A stretch of DNA of 64,000 nucleotides from Chiloscyllium plagiosum (Eukaryota). Shown here piece by piece: positions 38,185 to 52,789 of this stretch. A program made the translations under genes and the position numbers. The notes under the pieces are model-generated. The model saw only the letters and a program-made list of their open reading frames with translations. It had not been told where the DNA came from and did not search any database. The stretch covers positions 47,512,330 to 47,576,329 of the forward strand of contig NC_057721.1 in assembly GCF_004010195.1 (NCBI RefSeq). The letters are read 5' to 3'. Every line of letters starts with the position of its first letter. Position 1 is the stretch's first letter.

Positions 38185-39393
38185 ACACTGCTCATGATTA
38201 CAGCAAAACTTAATTATATTAAGATAAGCTTATTATACAAAGTAGAAAAATCATAACGTGTTGCAAGAAAGAATATTCTGATACAGGAGTTTAGGAATAT
38301 TGCTGGGGCACAGCTGGCATAGGACTGTCTGCTTTGCATCTAACCTGTGAGTGCCGCACTAGCAGTAATGTACTATAGTTCTATAATGTTGCAATTTAAG
38401 ATTCAGGAATTTTCATCCAATAAACAATTTCATATTGGTTAGAAAGTAGGGAGAGAGATGGGGGAGGGGGATGAAGGTAAGAATGACAGGGAAAGAATGG
38501 TGCTCTATTGTTGACTTTAAAACAAAGAAAAACCTAAAATAAATTATTTTCGTTTAGATTCAAAATTTCTTTGCACAGTATTGCTTTCTGGCTCTTTGTT
38601 TTTCAGCCTTGCATTGATATCCAACCAGACGGACTGACAAATTGCAGGATTCCCCAAGTTACTGCTGGGCACAGGCAAAACTATTTACTGACTTTAATCA
38701 AGTAAATTACAGAAGAGCTGATAAAGTATCAGGAAATGTAGACAGAACCTGCATTTGTATAGCACCTTATCCTCATCAGGAGGTTCAAAAGTGCTTCACA
38801 AGTAAATTATTTGACAAGTACTATGGTGTATATAAAACCAGCTGCCAATCTGCATGTAAGATTCTGCAAATGGCAAATGAGAAGAGTGACCAATTACTTG
38901 AAAAAAATGGATGATAGCTAGTATACCTAAAACATAGATTTTATTTGAAAAGTGGCACAGTGTCTTTTCATGCACTTGAACAGGTAGACTTGGATTCATA
39001 CCTTAACTGACAGAGGTTACTGTAAGAGTGCAACCTTCATTAAGCACTGAAATGTAAGTAAGTGTAGATTATATGCTCAAAACCTGAATCATGCACTTAA
39101 TCAACAATATTCTAGCACGTAGTTAAATACATGACTGGGCATGCCAAAGCATAGAACGTGACCTAGCACTGGATGCTATTCAGAAACTGAGGTACACTGC
39201 TGAAGTTTGCTCTGAAAGACTATGCTGAGCAGATTGGTTTGATCCTGGGGTTGGTACTGATTGTTTTTCAAATTCCTGTATTTTATTTGCTAGAATTACT
39301 TATTTGGCTGAACCACTATACTGGGGAGAAAATAAAGCAGGTAGAGTCTGGCTTGGCAGAGAATACAGTATAAACCTTAAAAGGTGTACAAAC

Positions 39394-39432
39394 CTGGTTA
39401 CCGTCACGTGAAAAATATCTCCTTTCTATTAC
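39394..39432 (-). CDS. RABL3: RABL3 exon 7 (VIERRYFSRDGNQ)
   Basis: ttttcag|...|gtttgt; 39 nt. Confidence 0.93.
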
Positions 39433-40299
39433 CTGAAAATATGAAACACAGCAATTAAAATTACACATGACTATGATAAATGGAAATATGAAATGGAGGC
39501 AATAATGTTGTTCAATCACTTGAGAAAAGAGATGCAGCATTATGTGACAGCTTCAGAAAATTGTTTGCAGTGTGTGATTAAATTATTCATTACTAATATA
39601 GACACTTATCCTCATGATATTGTTTCTCCCAGAAAGAAACACATTTTTCATTACAGTGCATTGAACACCACAAATGATTTGATGCAGAATTACAAATTGT
39701 AACAAATCCTACAAATTTGCATATTCATTTTAACATTACATCATTGCGGCAGTGAAATTCAGAAACAGGATTAACAACAGATCACTTATCATAATGATTA
39801 ACATCCAGATTCTTAATACAAAATGGGGCATTTCCATAAATGTAATGAAAGGAATTTCATACAGCTATTAAAAAATCAAACTTTTACTTTTGAAAAATAT
39901 TTTACTTCCATCTTAACCTAATCAAATCATTTGTTTCACGAGCTGAAAACCTAAAATTAAATGAAATTGCTGCATGGTTAATCCAATGACACATCGCCCA
40001 TACTATGTATTTATTGAAACTGGCTGCAAGATAGATGTTCCCAGTCATACCACATGATCGCATGGCTACTGTAAGGCAGGAGGTACATTGGTATAGTATA
40101 TGCATCTATCCCAAACACCACCTTTTTCATATAACAAACCATTTGGATGTATTATCATTTGCATTTATAGTTATCCAAGTTACCAGCAAAGCACAGTGTT
40201 CTCATACAACAAAAAAGCTTTCAGAATGTTGTTGCCATTGGATCTGTTGTTGCATTACCTGTTGATGGGGTTATATGGACCTCAAGGACAAATATATGT

Positions 40300-42170
40300 T
40301 CCTGAATGATCACCTGCATTCAAGGTACAGCTGCTCAAGTTTTGCATATGTATCTGCAATTTCTAGTATACCTGGTCATTCACTTCCATCAAGTACAACT
40401 GTGGTGGCAATACTCTACACTGGCTCAAACTGCCACTAGAGCTGACTCTTGTTGACAGCATTGAAGGTTTGAACACTGGCTCCCTAATGCTCAAATCTGA
40501 TCATGATTTTGTCAAAATGAAATTTGGCTTTTTGCTGTTTCACCTTGATTTTGTCACTCACATTTGCTACTAATTCTGGTTCCAGTAGATTTAATGCTAT
40601 TGAAAGAGCAATTGAGATGCTATGTGACAATAATCTTTATACTGGATTACCTTACATGCTTTCAGTAGTTATGTTTTTCGACTTGAGGATTGCCTTGTAT
40701 ACATTTGTGCTGGATTTGCTCAATTTCCTTGATTCATTTGGTGGTTTCATTACTGCCTTTCCATTGACTTGGGATGGTGTGGAGATGAAATATCCTGTTG
40801 AATTTCCCAACCCATTATGAAGTGGTTGAATTCTTCATTTGTGAACTGAGGTCTACTGTTGTTCATCACAATGTTAGGAATGTTGCAGCAGCTAAAGATG
40901 CTTTCAGGTATTCTACAATCTTACCAATGGTTGTTAAAGTCAGGTGGCCCACCTCCCAGTTGTCAGAATAGCTGTATGAGATCATAGATAATCAGTCTCT
41001 GTAAGAGTAAACAAATCGACTTCCAGCTTCATCTATCATTTGTCTGAGATGTCCTATGGCATCAGCTGCTCTATACTATGTTTAGCTTGGTACTTAGTGC
41101 ATACAGTTCACTGGCTGATATGGTGCTGGATTTAATTGCTTATGTTTGGCTAGTAGTGTACATTTCTTGACTTAATTCCTTGGTGGCTTGCATGGATGCA
41201 CTTTATAATGTCTTCTTTCAACTCCTTAGGATTCCTTTATACACCGTTTTGAGTTATCAGTCATCGGTTTATGCCCAATGATATTCCTATCACCACAGGA
41301 GTATGCTGATGGTCACCATTTCATCATTATATCTAGTCGTACTTGGCGAATGGACAGTTCACAGTGTGTGGCTGCATCCTTTGCTTTTTCCGTACGAAGT
41401 GCTGCTCTTGGCAACATATCTTATTAACACAGCAATGTACAACTGTTTCCTTTGCTTATATGTAACATCGAGATGATATTTCTGAAATAGGAGTAGTATT
41501 CTTTGCAGATACTTTGCAGGCAGTAGCAACATGAGAAAAATGATTTGAAATAGCTTATGGTTGGGCTTAACTGTCATTCTGTCTCCCAAACAGGTTTTCA
41601 TGAAAATGTTCACAAACAAAAGACAATGACACTCTTAGCGTAGCACAGCGTAGTATTATTCCGTTTGTGTTAACATCCTCTAAGCAAATGCAACCAGTTG
41701 TTGCTGCTTTGGGACAATTCTACTCCTGTCTCACTGGCGCAACATTGCAGGATGACTTCTTCATTTAGATTATAGAATTTCAAGATTGGCACAGTCACCT
41801 TTAATTGTTTGAGATTAATGAAAACAACTTCTATGTCCTAATACTACTGGCAGTGAGTTTGCATGATGGTTCACACTCAGATGACAAATTAGGTAAGAGT
41901 ATTGGTAAATAGCTGATTAAGACAAACTGTCGCAGTGCTATAACATCTGTTGGTTGCAGCATCATTACTAGAGCTCTCACTGTTTTGGAATTTGAGTGAA
42001 GATCTTTCACTGTCAGTATATGAGCTATGTACTAGACTTCATTTGCAAATTTTTCTCGTTCAACTTCAGACTCACCTGGCACCTATGGCTAGCAGTCATG
42101 CTCGACTTTGGTTGTGGTCAGTGGCTCCACATCCATAAATTAGAACCTTATCAATTATAGTTTGCACAAT
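40300..42170 (-). mobile_element. Highly degraded Gypsy-type LTR retrotransposon pol remnant
   Basis: About 40905-40750 reads IFSCCNIPNIVMNNSRPQFTNEEFNHFIMGWEIQQDISSPHHPKS/NGKA, resembling the integrase core (GIP..SDNGPQF.S.EF..F...W...H..SSP.HPQSNG.AE). Confidence 0.65.
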
Positions 42171-42888
42171 GTGGGAAGCTCCCATAAGGTTATTTCAATC
42201 TTACAACAAGTAACTCACCTCATAAATTTCTAAAGCCTGTTCATCATTTACAAAGCACAAGTCAGGAGTGTGATGGAATACTCTGCAGTTACCTGATGTG
42301 TGCAGCTTCAACAATACTCAAGAATTTGACACCATCCAGGTCAAAACAGCCTGATTGATAGGTACCACATTCACATTTACTGTCTCCATCATTGACACTT
42401 AGTACTAGTGGTATGTGCTAACTGCAAGATGTACTGCAGAAATTCACAAAGAGTCCTTTGACAGCACTTTCCAAACTTACAACCACTACCACCTAGAAGC
42501 ACAAGAGCAGTAGATACATGGGAACACCATCACTGCAAGTACCCCTCCATGCCACTCACCATCTTGACTTGGAAATATATCTCTATTTGTCCATATCACT
42601 GAATCAGTCCTGGAAACCCCACCATCATAGCACCAAATGGTCTGCAGTAGTTCAAGGCAGTTTGTGACCATCTTCTCAAGAGCAACTAGGGATGGCTAAG
42701 AAATGTTTACTCTGACAGCAGCACCTACATCATGAAGGAAAAAAATGTGGTTCTTAGGGCTGAGACTTCCTAAAGAATATGAATGATTTCATTGGAATGT
42801 CCAGCAAATAACAACGGCTCAACAAGCATTGATGCGTTACATAGGAATTATAAAATTAGTTCCAGCAAAAACTGGGAAAGAAACCTAC

Positions 42889-42960
42889 TTTATCAAAAAA
42901 GCGGCTCAGTTTCACAGCATTAGAAGAACCTGCAGCCAAATACCGTGGATTGGTACAATC
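42889..42960 (-). CDS. RABL3: RABL3 exon 6 ([24 protein letters not shown])
   Basis: gttttag|...|gtaggt; 72 nt. Confidence 0.96.
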
Positions 42961-44010
42961 CTAAAACAAATAGTAGGAAATACATGAATAAAACAGCAGT
43001 TCAACAGTAATAATTTAAGTAAAACCAAAGTACTTTGGATGCTAGAAATTTAAAGTAAAAACAAAACAAAGTAAAATATCACAGGCTTAGCAACATCTGT
43101 GGAGAGAGAAACCATAATGTTTCAAGTCAGCGACCTTTAATCAAGCTTCTCATGCAAGATTAACAGACCCTTAGCATTAACTCTGTCTCTTTGTCTCCAC
43201 TGATTCTGCCAGCAATTAATTATCCAACTTTATACAAGTTAGTTTACATTATATTCTCACTTCTCACTTTAATAACACTTTTTTTTTCGGGAGCACTTAG
43301 AGAGTAGCTATAGTTCTTTACCACTTCTTTTTAAAAAAACTATTTTGATCATAGTATATTAATTCAACAGATGCAAAAACACATTTCTATATGAAATTGC
43401 TGACAACTACAATGTCCTGATGCAATCCAGCATGTGATACTGAGTTTTCTTGAATGACATAGGCCCACGGTTAGCTGATTTCAACTGGGACAACAGCAAG
43501 GTCTGTAAAGTTGGCCTCAGTCAGAGGAAGAGTAAACAAAATCAAGCAGGGTACCGAATACAAAACACAATGCTGGGAAATATATAGATGGCCAGGAGCA
43601 GGCAGGTGGGACTAGTTTAGTTTGGGATTATGTTTGGCATGAACCAGTTGGACCAAACTGTCTGTTTCTGTGCTGTATGAGCCTATGACACTTCCTTGAA
43701 ATGCATTTTTATTTTATTAGTGTTATAAATTTTAGATTTGAAATTATTTACTGTAATGAAAGCCATTATTAAGAAATCAAATGCAACTCTAATCTTTACA
43801 CCATATCAGAGCACTCTCATTCCAATTTCTTAACTGAAGACCTAACAAACTATTTACAGCTTTCTTGGACACAATGTCAGAGACCCAATTTAATCTAGCC
43901 CATCTGTTACTATATCATAATTACATGATTTTGTTAAACATAGAATCATGGAATACATTTTTATCTTCACTCCTATAAGCATCTGAATCAAAAGCATAAA
44001 AAGGACACAC

Positions 44011-44161
44011 CAGATTAATTTCTTCAGCATTGAAATCTTCTGCCAAGAATGCAGTCCTTGTCAAAACTTCATTCCTTTTAGTTTCATGAATTTGGTCCAA
44101 CTTAGTACCAATGACCAATAATGGAATCTGATTATCTGCAAACTGTTCACGATCATAGTCC
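44011..44161 (-). CDS. RABL3: RABL3 exon 5 ([50 protein letters not shown])
   Basis: ttcaaag|...|gtgtgt; 151 nt; TKLD G4 box. Confidence 0.97.
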
Positions 44162-44449
44162 CTTTGAAAACAAAAGGTTGAATTTTGACTTCTATATGAC
44201 TCATGTAAACTTGAAACTACAAAATTAAAAAACTAATTTGATGCTGAGTAAAAACTGTGAAAGGATTACATTCAGCTTTTCCCACATCCCACACTGGTTC
44301 AACTTTACTTTCATATATGACTGAGTGCACTTTATCTATCCAATGACTGCACTTCTTATTTTAATTCGCCAGCTGACGACAAGTCCCTTCTTCCAACACT
44401 CTGCACTGGCTGTAGTTTCCTCTGTAGTGTATGGCTGTAGTGTATGGTT

Positions 44450-44546
44450 GAGCTGAAAATGTGTTGCTGGAAAAGCGCAGCAGGTCAGGCAGCATCCAAG
44501 GAGCAGGAGAATCGATGTTTCGGGCATAAGCCCTTCTTCAGGAATG
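44450..44546 (-). mobile_element. Short PLE-derived 3' end with near-intact hammerhead (core 44514-44541)
   Basis: Minus strand CUGAAGA A GGGC UUAU GCCC GAAAC AUC. Confidence 0.75.
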
Positions 44547-45119
44547 GTTACTCACTTTATGTCCCCTTCAACACAAATCACCTTCCAATCTTGTCTCTTC
44601 CATCCACTCATTAGTATTTGCAATAATAAATAGTTTCCATGCCTCAACCTCCATAGCTCCACTGATCAGATTTCACTTCTGTCATCTTTTGCTCAGTTGT
44701 CTGAATTTTCTTATCATTGGCAATCCTCATCCTTTTACAGGATTTCCTAGGCAAGGGATGTAAATTCCCTTATTAACCCCTGCACTGTCCTCTCTCCATT
44801 CCATGTTTCCTCTTCCTACTCATGCTTCCCTTTTTCCCTAATTCCATATCCTCAATTCCATTCTGCCTTCCCAACCTCTCCCCTCAAACAGATTCCAGAT
44901 TCCCCCAAATCTAACTGACCTGAAAATAACTAATGTAATCGTGATTATCCATATGCAAAACAAGATCAACCTAGGATTTATTAGGTTACTCCGTATCAAG
45001 CTGTAGTTTAATTCAACAGTACACTTAAACTCTTAAAGTCATCAAAAAGAATTATTTCAGTAGATCTACTGATTTTGCTTGAAGAACAGAGAGAGGTTAT
45101 AACAGAAATAGCAACCTAC

Positions 45120-45234
45120 CCATTCGTCACTATAACTCCAGTAGGAGAGGAATCCTTATTTAAAGCTTCTAATGACCATCTGTAGAGATTTTGGGATGAC
45201 TTTTTGTTTGTACAGTCGTGCACTAATATTACAC
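45120..45234 (-). CDS. RABL3: RABL3 exon 4 ([38 protein letters not shown])
   Basis: tttgtag|...|gtaggt; 115 nt. Confidence 0.96.
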
Positions 45235-48115
45235 CTACAAAAACCAAAAAAGATAAAACATCAAAATCATAAGAAGGAGGACAAAACCTTGGACTGGTCC
45301 AATCTTCCAATTACAATAAATATACCGAGGGATGGGACTTTATTATATGAACCCATGTAGATCTCACCAATATTGCAACAGAAAAGTAAATACAAAAAAA
45401 AATTCCAAAAGCCTGTCTACCATCTATAAGGAAGAGATCAGGATTGTGATGGTGTACTCTTCACCAGCCTGGATATGTGTGGATCCAACAATACTCAAGC
45501 TCAACAGCACTAAGGACAAAGCAGCCTGCTTGTTCGACACCTTATCTACCTCCTTAAATAATAGTTGGCAGCTGCGTGTACCATATAAAGAACCAATTCA
45601 GCAAACTGCCAAGTTTTTTTAGATAGCATTTACAAACTGACAACCTTTACTAGCAGATGCATGGGCATACCATGACAAGTAAGTGCTTCAAGCCAAACAT
45701 CATCCTGACTTGGTTCCTTCAATGTCACTGGGCCAAAAACCTGGAATTTCTTTCCTAACAGCACTGAATTGAAGGTATGCCAGATAAAAAGCAACCTCAT
45801 CACTACCTTTACAATGCCAAATGGGGTGAACATCAAATTCCAAATCATTTAAAGCTGTTGCCAGTCTGACCTGGTATTAAACATCTTTGCATTGCCATTG
45901 CTGACTAAATAGATTACTGAAGATTTAAGGATGGTGAGTGCCTAGGACATGCTGCCAGAGATGCTGGGAGAAGCAGACAATAGCAGCATTCAAGAAGCTC
46001 TTGGATGAATACACAAATAGGAAGGGAATTGAGGGATATGGATCCTGTAAGTGAAGACAGTTTTACTATGGAAGGACACAATGGGTCAGCGCAGGCTTGG
46101 AGGGCTGAACAGCTGGTTCCTGCACTGTATTATTCTTTGATCTTAATATCTAATGCAAAAATTCTGTGGCTTTGAGAACAAGGTACTCAGTGATTGTCAG
46201 TCAAGGTTGTATTTCCTGATACTGGAGAGGGGCTCAAGCTCTCAGCCTGCTGCCTTAGAAATGAAAATGCCATTAATTGCACTAAGTTGTCAGTGTTTTT
46301 AAAGTTGTGTCAAAAACACCTAATTCAGTTGTTTGTTGGCAGTATAAAGTTTTTCAAAACCTTTTCCACATAATTTTATTACAAAACTTCATACAGCCCT
46401 TCATATGTAATAATCATATATACTCATGGTGAGTACAGTGCAACAATTAGTGCTCTATTAGGGAATACTTACACATTCCAAACAAATCATTTTTTTTGTC
46501 AAAAAACATCAATTGAATAACAGGAATGCAGTGAAACTGAATTTCAAAAAAAATTCAAATGTAAATAGATTTGGAGAGAACATTAATAATTTGACTAGAA
46601 TTCCTGTGGAATTGACACTGTTGGAAAATGTACTGTTTCAAGAGCATACAAGGTAATACATTGTGCATTGTACAACATGTGTAAGCTGTTCTGTTCTTTT
46701 GACATCACATTGTTTAATTGCTAAGCTGCCCCCAGGGAAAGTTGAGGTTAATTACAGTAACAGCAAATCAAAAGTTACACAGATGCAAAAACATTTTGGA
46801 AACCTAAGGAAAGCCTTAAATCAGTTGGCTTAATCAGAAAAAAACCTGTGGGAAATAGCTGTCATTCTTTCACTTTAAATCTCTAAAAAAAAGGTAATCT
46901 TTGATATATAATTTTACAACATGGCAGTAAACCCTTCTGCTAATTAAACCAAACACACTGAAAAACACACCTCACCTTGTAATCTGTTAAAGTATGACTA
47001 TTTAACAAAAAATATCAATTTATTCTTTAACTCTAAAAGTGAACATTAATTAACAAGTATTTACAACTCTAAGTGTTCTTTTTCTTAAAGGTTTATTATC
47101 CACCTCCCACTCTATAACAAGATCCTAATCCAATAAAACCCCTATTAAAATTTACAGCAACTTAGTTTTCAAAACCAGACAGCAGGTTTCAAAACCAGAC
47201 AGTGGCTGTCGTCTCTGGTGTCAATCTTCCTCTGTTTATAGATCTCCCTTTGGTCTTTTGCTGCAAAGATGTTTCATATGAGAAAGGTACCTTTGACAGA
47301 GTGTGGTGAATAGCAGTCTTTCAATGGCAATTGATGCTCTTTCTAGCTAACTGTCCAAAATGCCTGCTGTTGTTATACCCAAATATCAAATTATCTCATT
47401 CGCTCGACGTTGTCAAAACAGTAAAACTCAAATTCAACTGGGTTTTAGTATCTTGGGGCATAATTTAACTGATTGGTTAAATTCAAACTGCTGTGAAAAC
47501 AACTGAGGTATCTAGGTTACAGCGAAATATTACATCTTTCAATTATCCAGCATACTCTGTGACTGCTAGTTAGTCGTATGACAGATGCTTGCCAGCTTTC
47601 ACACTCTCACAGGTACAGTACATGCCTTCAACTTCATAACAATAAAAAAGGGCAAGGTTGGAGTTAGATGAAAATATTTCAAAACATTGCTATAACTGGT
47701 TCATAACATATTTCAGGACAAAAGAAAGCATTCCTAATTTGAACCAACATCTAAAACAGATTTGACTCTAAAATATATAGTAAAGGTCCATTTATAGCCA
47801 ATTTCAAAATAACAAAATAATTGCATCACTAAAGGATTTGTACAATAGGACTGAAATGTAACAAATTGGAGTTTCCATCTGGTATTGATGAAAACTTTTG
47901 GTCTAAAATACAATTGATCCAGCAGAATCCACATATTAATTTAAACATTTTCAGTTAAAGATAACATCAAGGATTTGATGGACAATATTGTTTCTTTGAT
48001 GAATATTCTATAATTTTAAGACAAACAGTTTATGCAACATAATGCAGATTAATAGAGGATTGAGGTTACACATAATTACAGACAAAAGTACAAAAAGCAA
48101 AAGTTGCTTCCATAC

Positions 48116-48245
48116 CATTCACAGAATTGTAAAACACAGCTCTAGTGCTTTTAATACTGCTGGCATTGCCCACAGATCCACCAACATCCCAAAGTTCAAT
48201 GTAATAGGTTTTCTCAGCTGGAGTGCCTTCTTTATAATCATGAAC
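48116..48245 (-). CDS. RABL3: RABL3 exon 3 ([44 protein letters not shown])
   Basis: actcag|...|gtatgg; 130 nt; WDVGG G3 box. Confidence 0.97.
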
Positions 48246-49150
48246 CTGAGTTAAAGAAAGAGAATAAAATGTATACAAACTCCATAAAAGTCACCAATTT
48301 CTAGATCTGAAAAGAATTCACTAAAATCAGCTAATATAACGAGCTTCATAACCACAAAATACTTTTTAATGAATATTCCATGAAAACATGATACAGTCCA
48401 GGTACAGTAACATTTGATATTCCGTCACCATTCTGAGGAAACAATTCTTAAAAAATGACAGTAAAATAATTATACAAAAATCTTAGTAGATTTTGAAAAA
48501 TTTGACAAACATCTGTCCTTAAATACAGAGCTGGCAAAGGATCGGAGGATTGCAAATGTTACATACACTTATTCAAAATAGGGGAGAAGAACAAACTTGG
48601 CTATTATGGGCCAGATTAACAATTGATGGTAGGGAAACTTTAAAAGTATTCAGGATTAAGTTAATTCCACCTGAACAAGCATGGATTAATGAAGGAGCTC
48701 CATCATAAAGGACAAGATATGTCTGACTGACTAAATTAGTATCCTTGTGAAGATAACAGAGAGGATAAATAAAGCAAGTGAAGTTAATATTGTACAAATG
48801 GGCTTTCAACAAATTTTTGTTGATAAATCAAAGATTAGCATACAAAAAGTCTGTCTTCACTTCTAATTCTGCAACTGACTTTCAAAATATGGGTTTCCCT
48901 GGAGATCCCTCCCTTTAGCCAAAGCTAAGCAAATCTTACAACTTTGTTTAAGCAGTCATGAGCGTGGTCTTCTCAATTTGAACATGAGCACCTTCTGCAT
49001 TTTGTGCGGTGAACAATAACAACATGCTGCCTCTCTTTTCTCTTTCTTGGATCTTTGCAGACTGACCTACTTTGAGGGGTTGAGTGATACTTAGGGAGAA
49101 TCTGCCACCCAATCCTACAATGGCTTCCAAAGGACTCTTCACCTCTCAGG

Positions 49151-49470
49151 AGGCAGCATGTGGCTCAGTGGTTAGCATTGCTGCTTCACAGTGCCAGGCA
49201 CCCCGGTTCGATTCAAGCCTCGGGAGACTATCTGTATGGAGTTTGCACATTCTCCCCGTGTCTGCGTGGGTTTCCTCTGGGTGCTCCAGTTTCCTCCCAC
49301 AATCCAAAGGTGAATCAGCTATGCTAAATTGCCCACTGTGTTAGGTGCATTAATCAGGGGCAAATATAGGATGGGGGAATTGGGTCTGGGTGGGTTACTC
49401 TTCGGAGGGTCGGTGTGGACCTGTTGAGCCGAAGAGCCTGTTTCCATACTGTAGGGGATCTAATCTAATC
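49151..49470 (+). mobile_element. tRNA-derived V-SINE (HE1-like)
   Basis: A box tggctcagtgg, B box ggttcgattc, V-domain ggagtttgcacattctccccgtgtctgcgtgggtttcct, CR1-derived tail ending (tctaa)n. Confidence 0.85.
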
Positions 49471-50907
49471 CTCTGAAGTCCATCTTCATGGGAAAGTGAA
49501 TCATATGGATCTTGTGTCGAAGTAGACATGCTAAGTAACTATCTTATGGACCTCAACTCTATTTGATCTTGGAATTAAATAGATAATTTAAAGTATAATC
49601 ACCTATGACACCTGACATTCGAAACAATACCCCTGTTTCCATGTATCTTAAAGACCAAAAATCTATCTGCCTTCAGCAAAACAGTTGAGGAGCTCAGGTC
49701 AGGTCATTGTATCTTCTTCCTAGTAAAACAACCTAGTCCCTCATTTAATCTTTAACAAATAAGCCACCAGGCTTCTCGTTAGCGGAGTTCAGAACAAGTT
49801 ACATGGCCTCTTTCATTCCTCCAATTTACCCTAAGTTAAAGACAGCCCCAAAACATTACAACAAAACATTAGAAAACTTTGAATTTGTAACAGCTCGCTT
49901 TGTTCTTTTAGTCCTTCTCTCCAAGTAATTCCTTGCTGAATGCTAGCTTTTGTATTGAGATGCTTCCAAGTTCAACAAACTGCTACTCAAACATTAACTA
50001 GTTTAAAAGGTATTTCTCTCTGTAGTATTCAGGTATGTATACATTCTGCATATGCCACATTTCATTGTTTCAATTATTTTTAGAAGAATGTGCTTCTTTA
50101 TCTTTCTAAACTAGTTTTGTATCTCAAGTCTAGCTTTTCTTCTATTGTTTTCTAGATAATTATATGTAAGCTGTTTTATGTGAGTAAGATTTGTTAGACC
50201 TTGACAGCAAACAAAATCCTTCACTTACATTTACTGCCCTCTAAACAATCTAATTTCTGAATGCAAACTGAGAATTAGTCATGTTAGGGAATATTTCCAA
50301 CATTTATCCACACTTTTACTCCAAGTCGGCAAATGAAACCTGAGCCAAGAACATTCCCACTATAAATGTTTTCTTTCTCTCTTTATTCACAGGATGAGAG
50401 GATCTCTGGTCAGGCCAGCATTTATTGCCCAGGGGTCTGGCTCCTGACAGAAAAGTCGATTTTTCTGCTCCTCGGATGCTGCTTGACCTTATTTTTCCTG
50501 CACCACTCTAATCTGCAGCATCTTTTGCTCAGTTGTGAGTCAACCTAAGGATGGCAGTTTCCTTCCTTAAAAGGACATTAGTGAACCAGATAGGTTTTTC
50601 CGATAATGGATTCATGGTCATCATTACACTTAATTCCAGATGTTTTAAAACAAACTCAAATTCAAATTCTACCAACTGGCATGGCAGGATTTAAACATTA
50701 TCTGAGTCTCTAGTTTAATAGTCCACTAGGCCACTGCCTCGTCTTATGCAATCAGTCAGTCAGTGAGAATGCACAGCTACATCCAGGACACGTGAATCAA
50801 GGCAGCTTTCTTTCTTAAAAAGAGTTAAGCCTGTGAACCAATAACTTACTTAAAAAAAAAATCAACTTTCAAATTTATGAGCAAACTCTGTCCTCTCTCA
50901 CACGTAC

Positions 50908-50999
50908 CCTCACATCAACTGAGCATCCAACTGTCCATGATGGATTTCCCAACACCTGGTTGTGGCACAATAAATGTACAAGAGATGACTTTCCAACTC
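50908..50999 (-). CDS. RABL3: RABL3 exon 2 ([30 protein letters not shown])
   Basis: ttttcag|...|gtacgt; 92 nt. Confidence 0.97.
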
Positions 51000-52072
51000 C
51001 TGAAAAATTAACAGAGTTAAAACTGAAATCAGAAGTCAAATAGTTCAGTCTATGGCAGTCAGAGTTGTATTTAACAATAGTGCTAGGTAATACTCTACCC
51101 ACACTTCAATCAATTGAAAACTTTTACTGACAAATGCAGTTAAAGGTGTAGAATAGACACTATCTCCAAATAAAACAATTACGAATACAGTTTTATTTCT
51201 TTAAAATAGGGGTAATTAACCAAGGATTCTTAGACAGCACATTCCAGGTTTATGACCACAACCATCTAGAAAGACTAGAACAGCAGATAGACAGGGAAAG
51301 ATAAAGTCAACATTGTCCTAATGGATCATAGGGTGCTCTCTTCTTTACAGATGGATGACTCGTGGTGAGTTTAACCTGGTGACACCATGCTTCAGGGGAG
51401 GTTGAGAAGATGAGATTTTCATGGTGACCTCAGCCAGTATGGGAATTAAACCTGTGCTGTTGGTGTCGCAAACCAGATGTCGAGCCAACTAAACCAATGG
51501 GAACACCATCACCATCTCTATGCCACTCACCATCCTGACGTGGAAATATATCGCTGATCCTGGAATTTACTCCCCAGTGGCATTATGGAGGTACCTATAC
51601 ACAAGGACTGCAGTAGTTCAGAAGGCAATTCACTACCACTTTCTCAAGGGCAACAAGACACGGGCAATAATTGCTGGCCCAGCCAGTGACATCAAATTCC
51701 TTGAATAAGGAAAAAATATCCTTTATCGTCTTTTAGAAAAAGCAATCAACGCTCCTTATTGTTTGCTTCACCTGCATGTTTACTTTCAATGTCTTGAGAA
51801 TAAGAACACCCTGGTCCCTTCAGATATCAGCACTCTCCAATCTCTTGCCATTTAAAAATATTCTGCATTTCTACTTTTCCCACAAAAATGAATAACTTCA
51901 CATTTTCCTGCACTATATTCAATTGGACATAGCTTGCCCACTCATTTAATGTTGAAATTAATTTTGCACCTCTTTGTATCCTGTCACATTCCATCTAGCT
52001 GTCTCATCACATTTGGAAATATTACATTCAAAATTATTGTATTGGATGGTGCACAGATCAGATCCAAGTGTT

Positions 52073-52393
52073 GATTAGATTAGATTAGATTACTTACAGT
52101 GTGGAAACAGGCCCTTCGGCCCAACAAGTCCACACCGACCCGCCGAAGCGCAACCCACCCATACCCCTACATTTACCCCTTTAACCTAACACTATGGGCA
52201 ATTTAGCATGGCCAATTCACCTGACCCGCACATCTTTTGGACTGTGGGAGGAAACCGGAGCACCCGGAGGAAACCCACGCAGACACGGGGAGAATGTGCA
52301 AACTCCACACAGTCAGTCGCCTGAGTCGGGAATTGAACCCGGGTCTCTGGCGCTGTGAGGCAGCAGTGCTAACCACTGTGCCACCGTGCCGCC
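52073..52393 (-). mobile_element. Young tRNA-derived V-SINE (HE1-like)
   Basis: Minus strand ggcggcacggtggcacagtggttagc...ggttcaattccc, V-domain, (ctaat)n tail, CpGs intact. Confidence 0.88.
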
Positions 52394-52789
52394 CACTGAT
52401 CTTGCTACCCCACCAGTCATAGAACGGGTATGTTTCTGGAGTTCCCCCACCCAAAACCCCATCTCGTTAGGTGCTTAATTGTTTACTAACATTTAAGGCT
52501 TGATGTGGGAGGGCTGCAGAGCTTAGATCAGATCTATTGATTGTGAGTTTGCAAAGCTCTGTTATTGCACGTTGCTTATGCTGTTTGGCACATAAGTAGT
52601 TCTATAACTTCACCAGGGTTGAAGTCTCACTTTTAGGTATACTTGAAGCTGTTCCTTGCACGTTATCTTCCATTATTTATTGAAGCAGGATTGACCCCTC
52701 TTAGCTTGACAATAATGGTAGAGGGGGGGGATATTCTAGGCCACTTCGCCACAGATTGTGGAGTTGCATACAGCCCTAATGCTGATAAC

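Noticed and set aside
46850-47641. Possible old solo LTR on the minus strand (TGTTATGAAG start at 47641)
   Set aside because: Could not identify the other terminus or a TSD
49151-49225. tRNA gene
   Set aside because: A/B boxes belong to a SINE head followed by a V-domain and LINE-derived tail; same for 52320-52393
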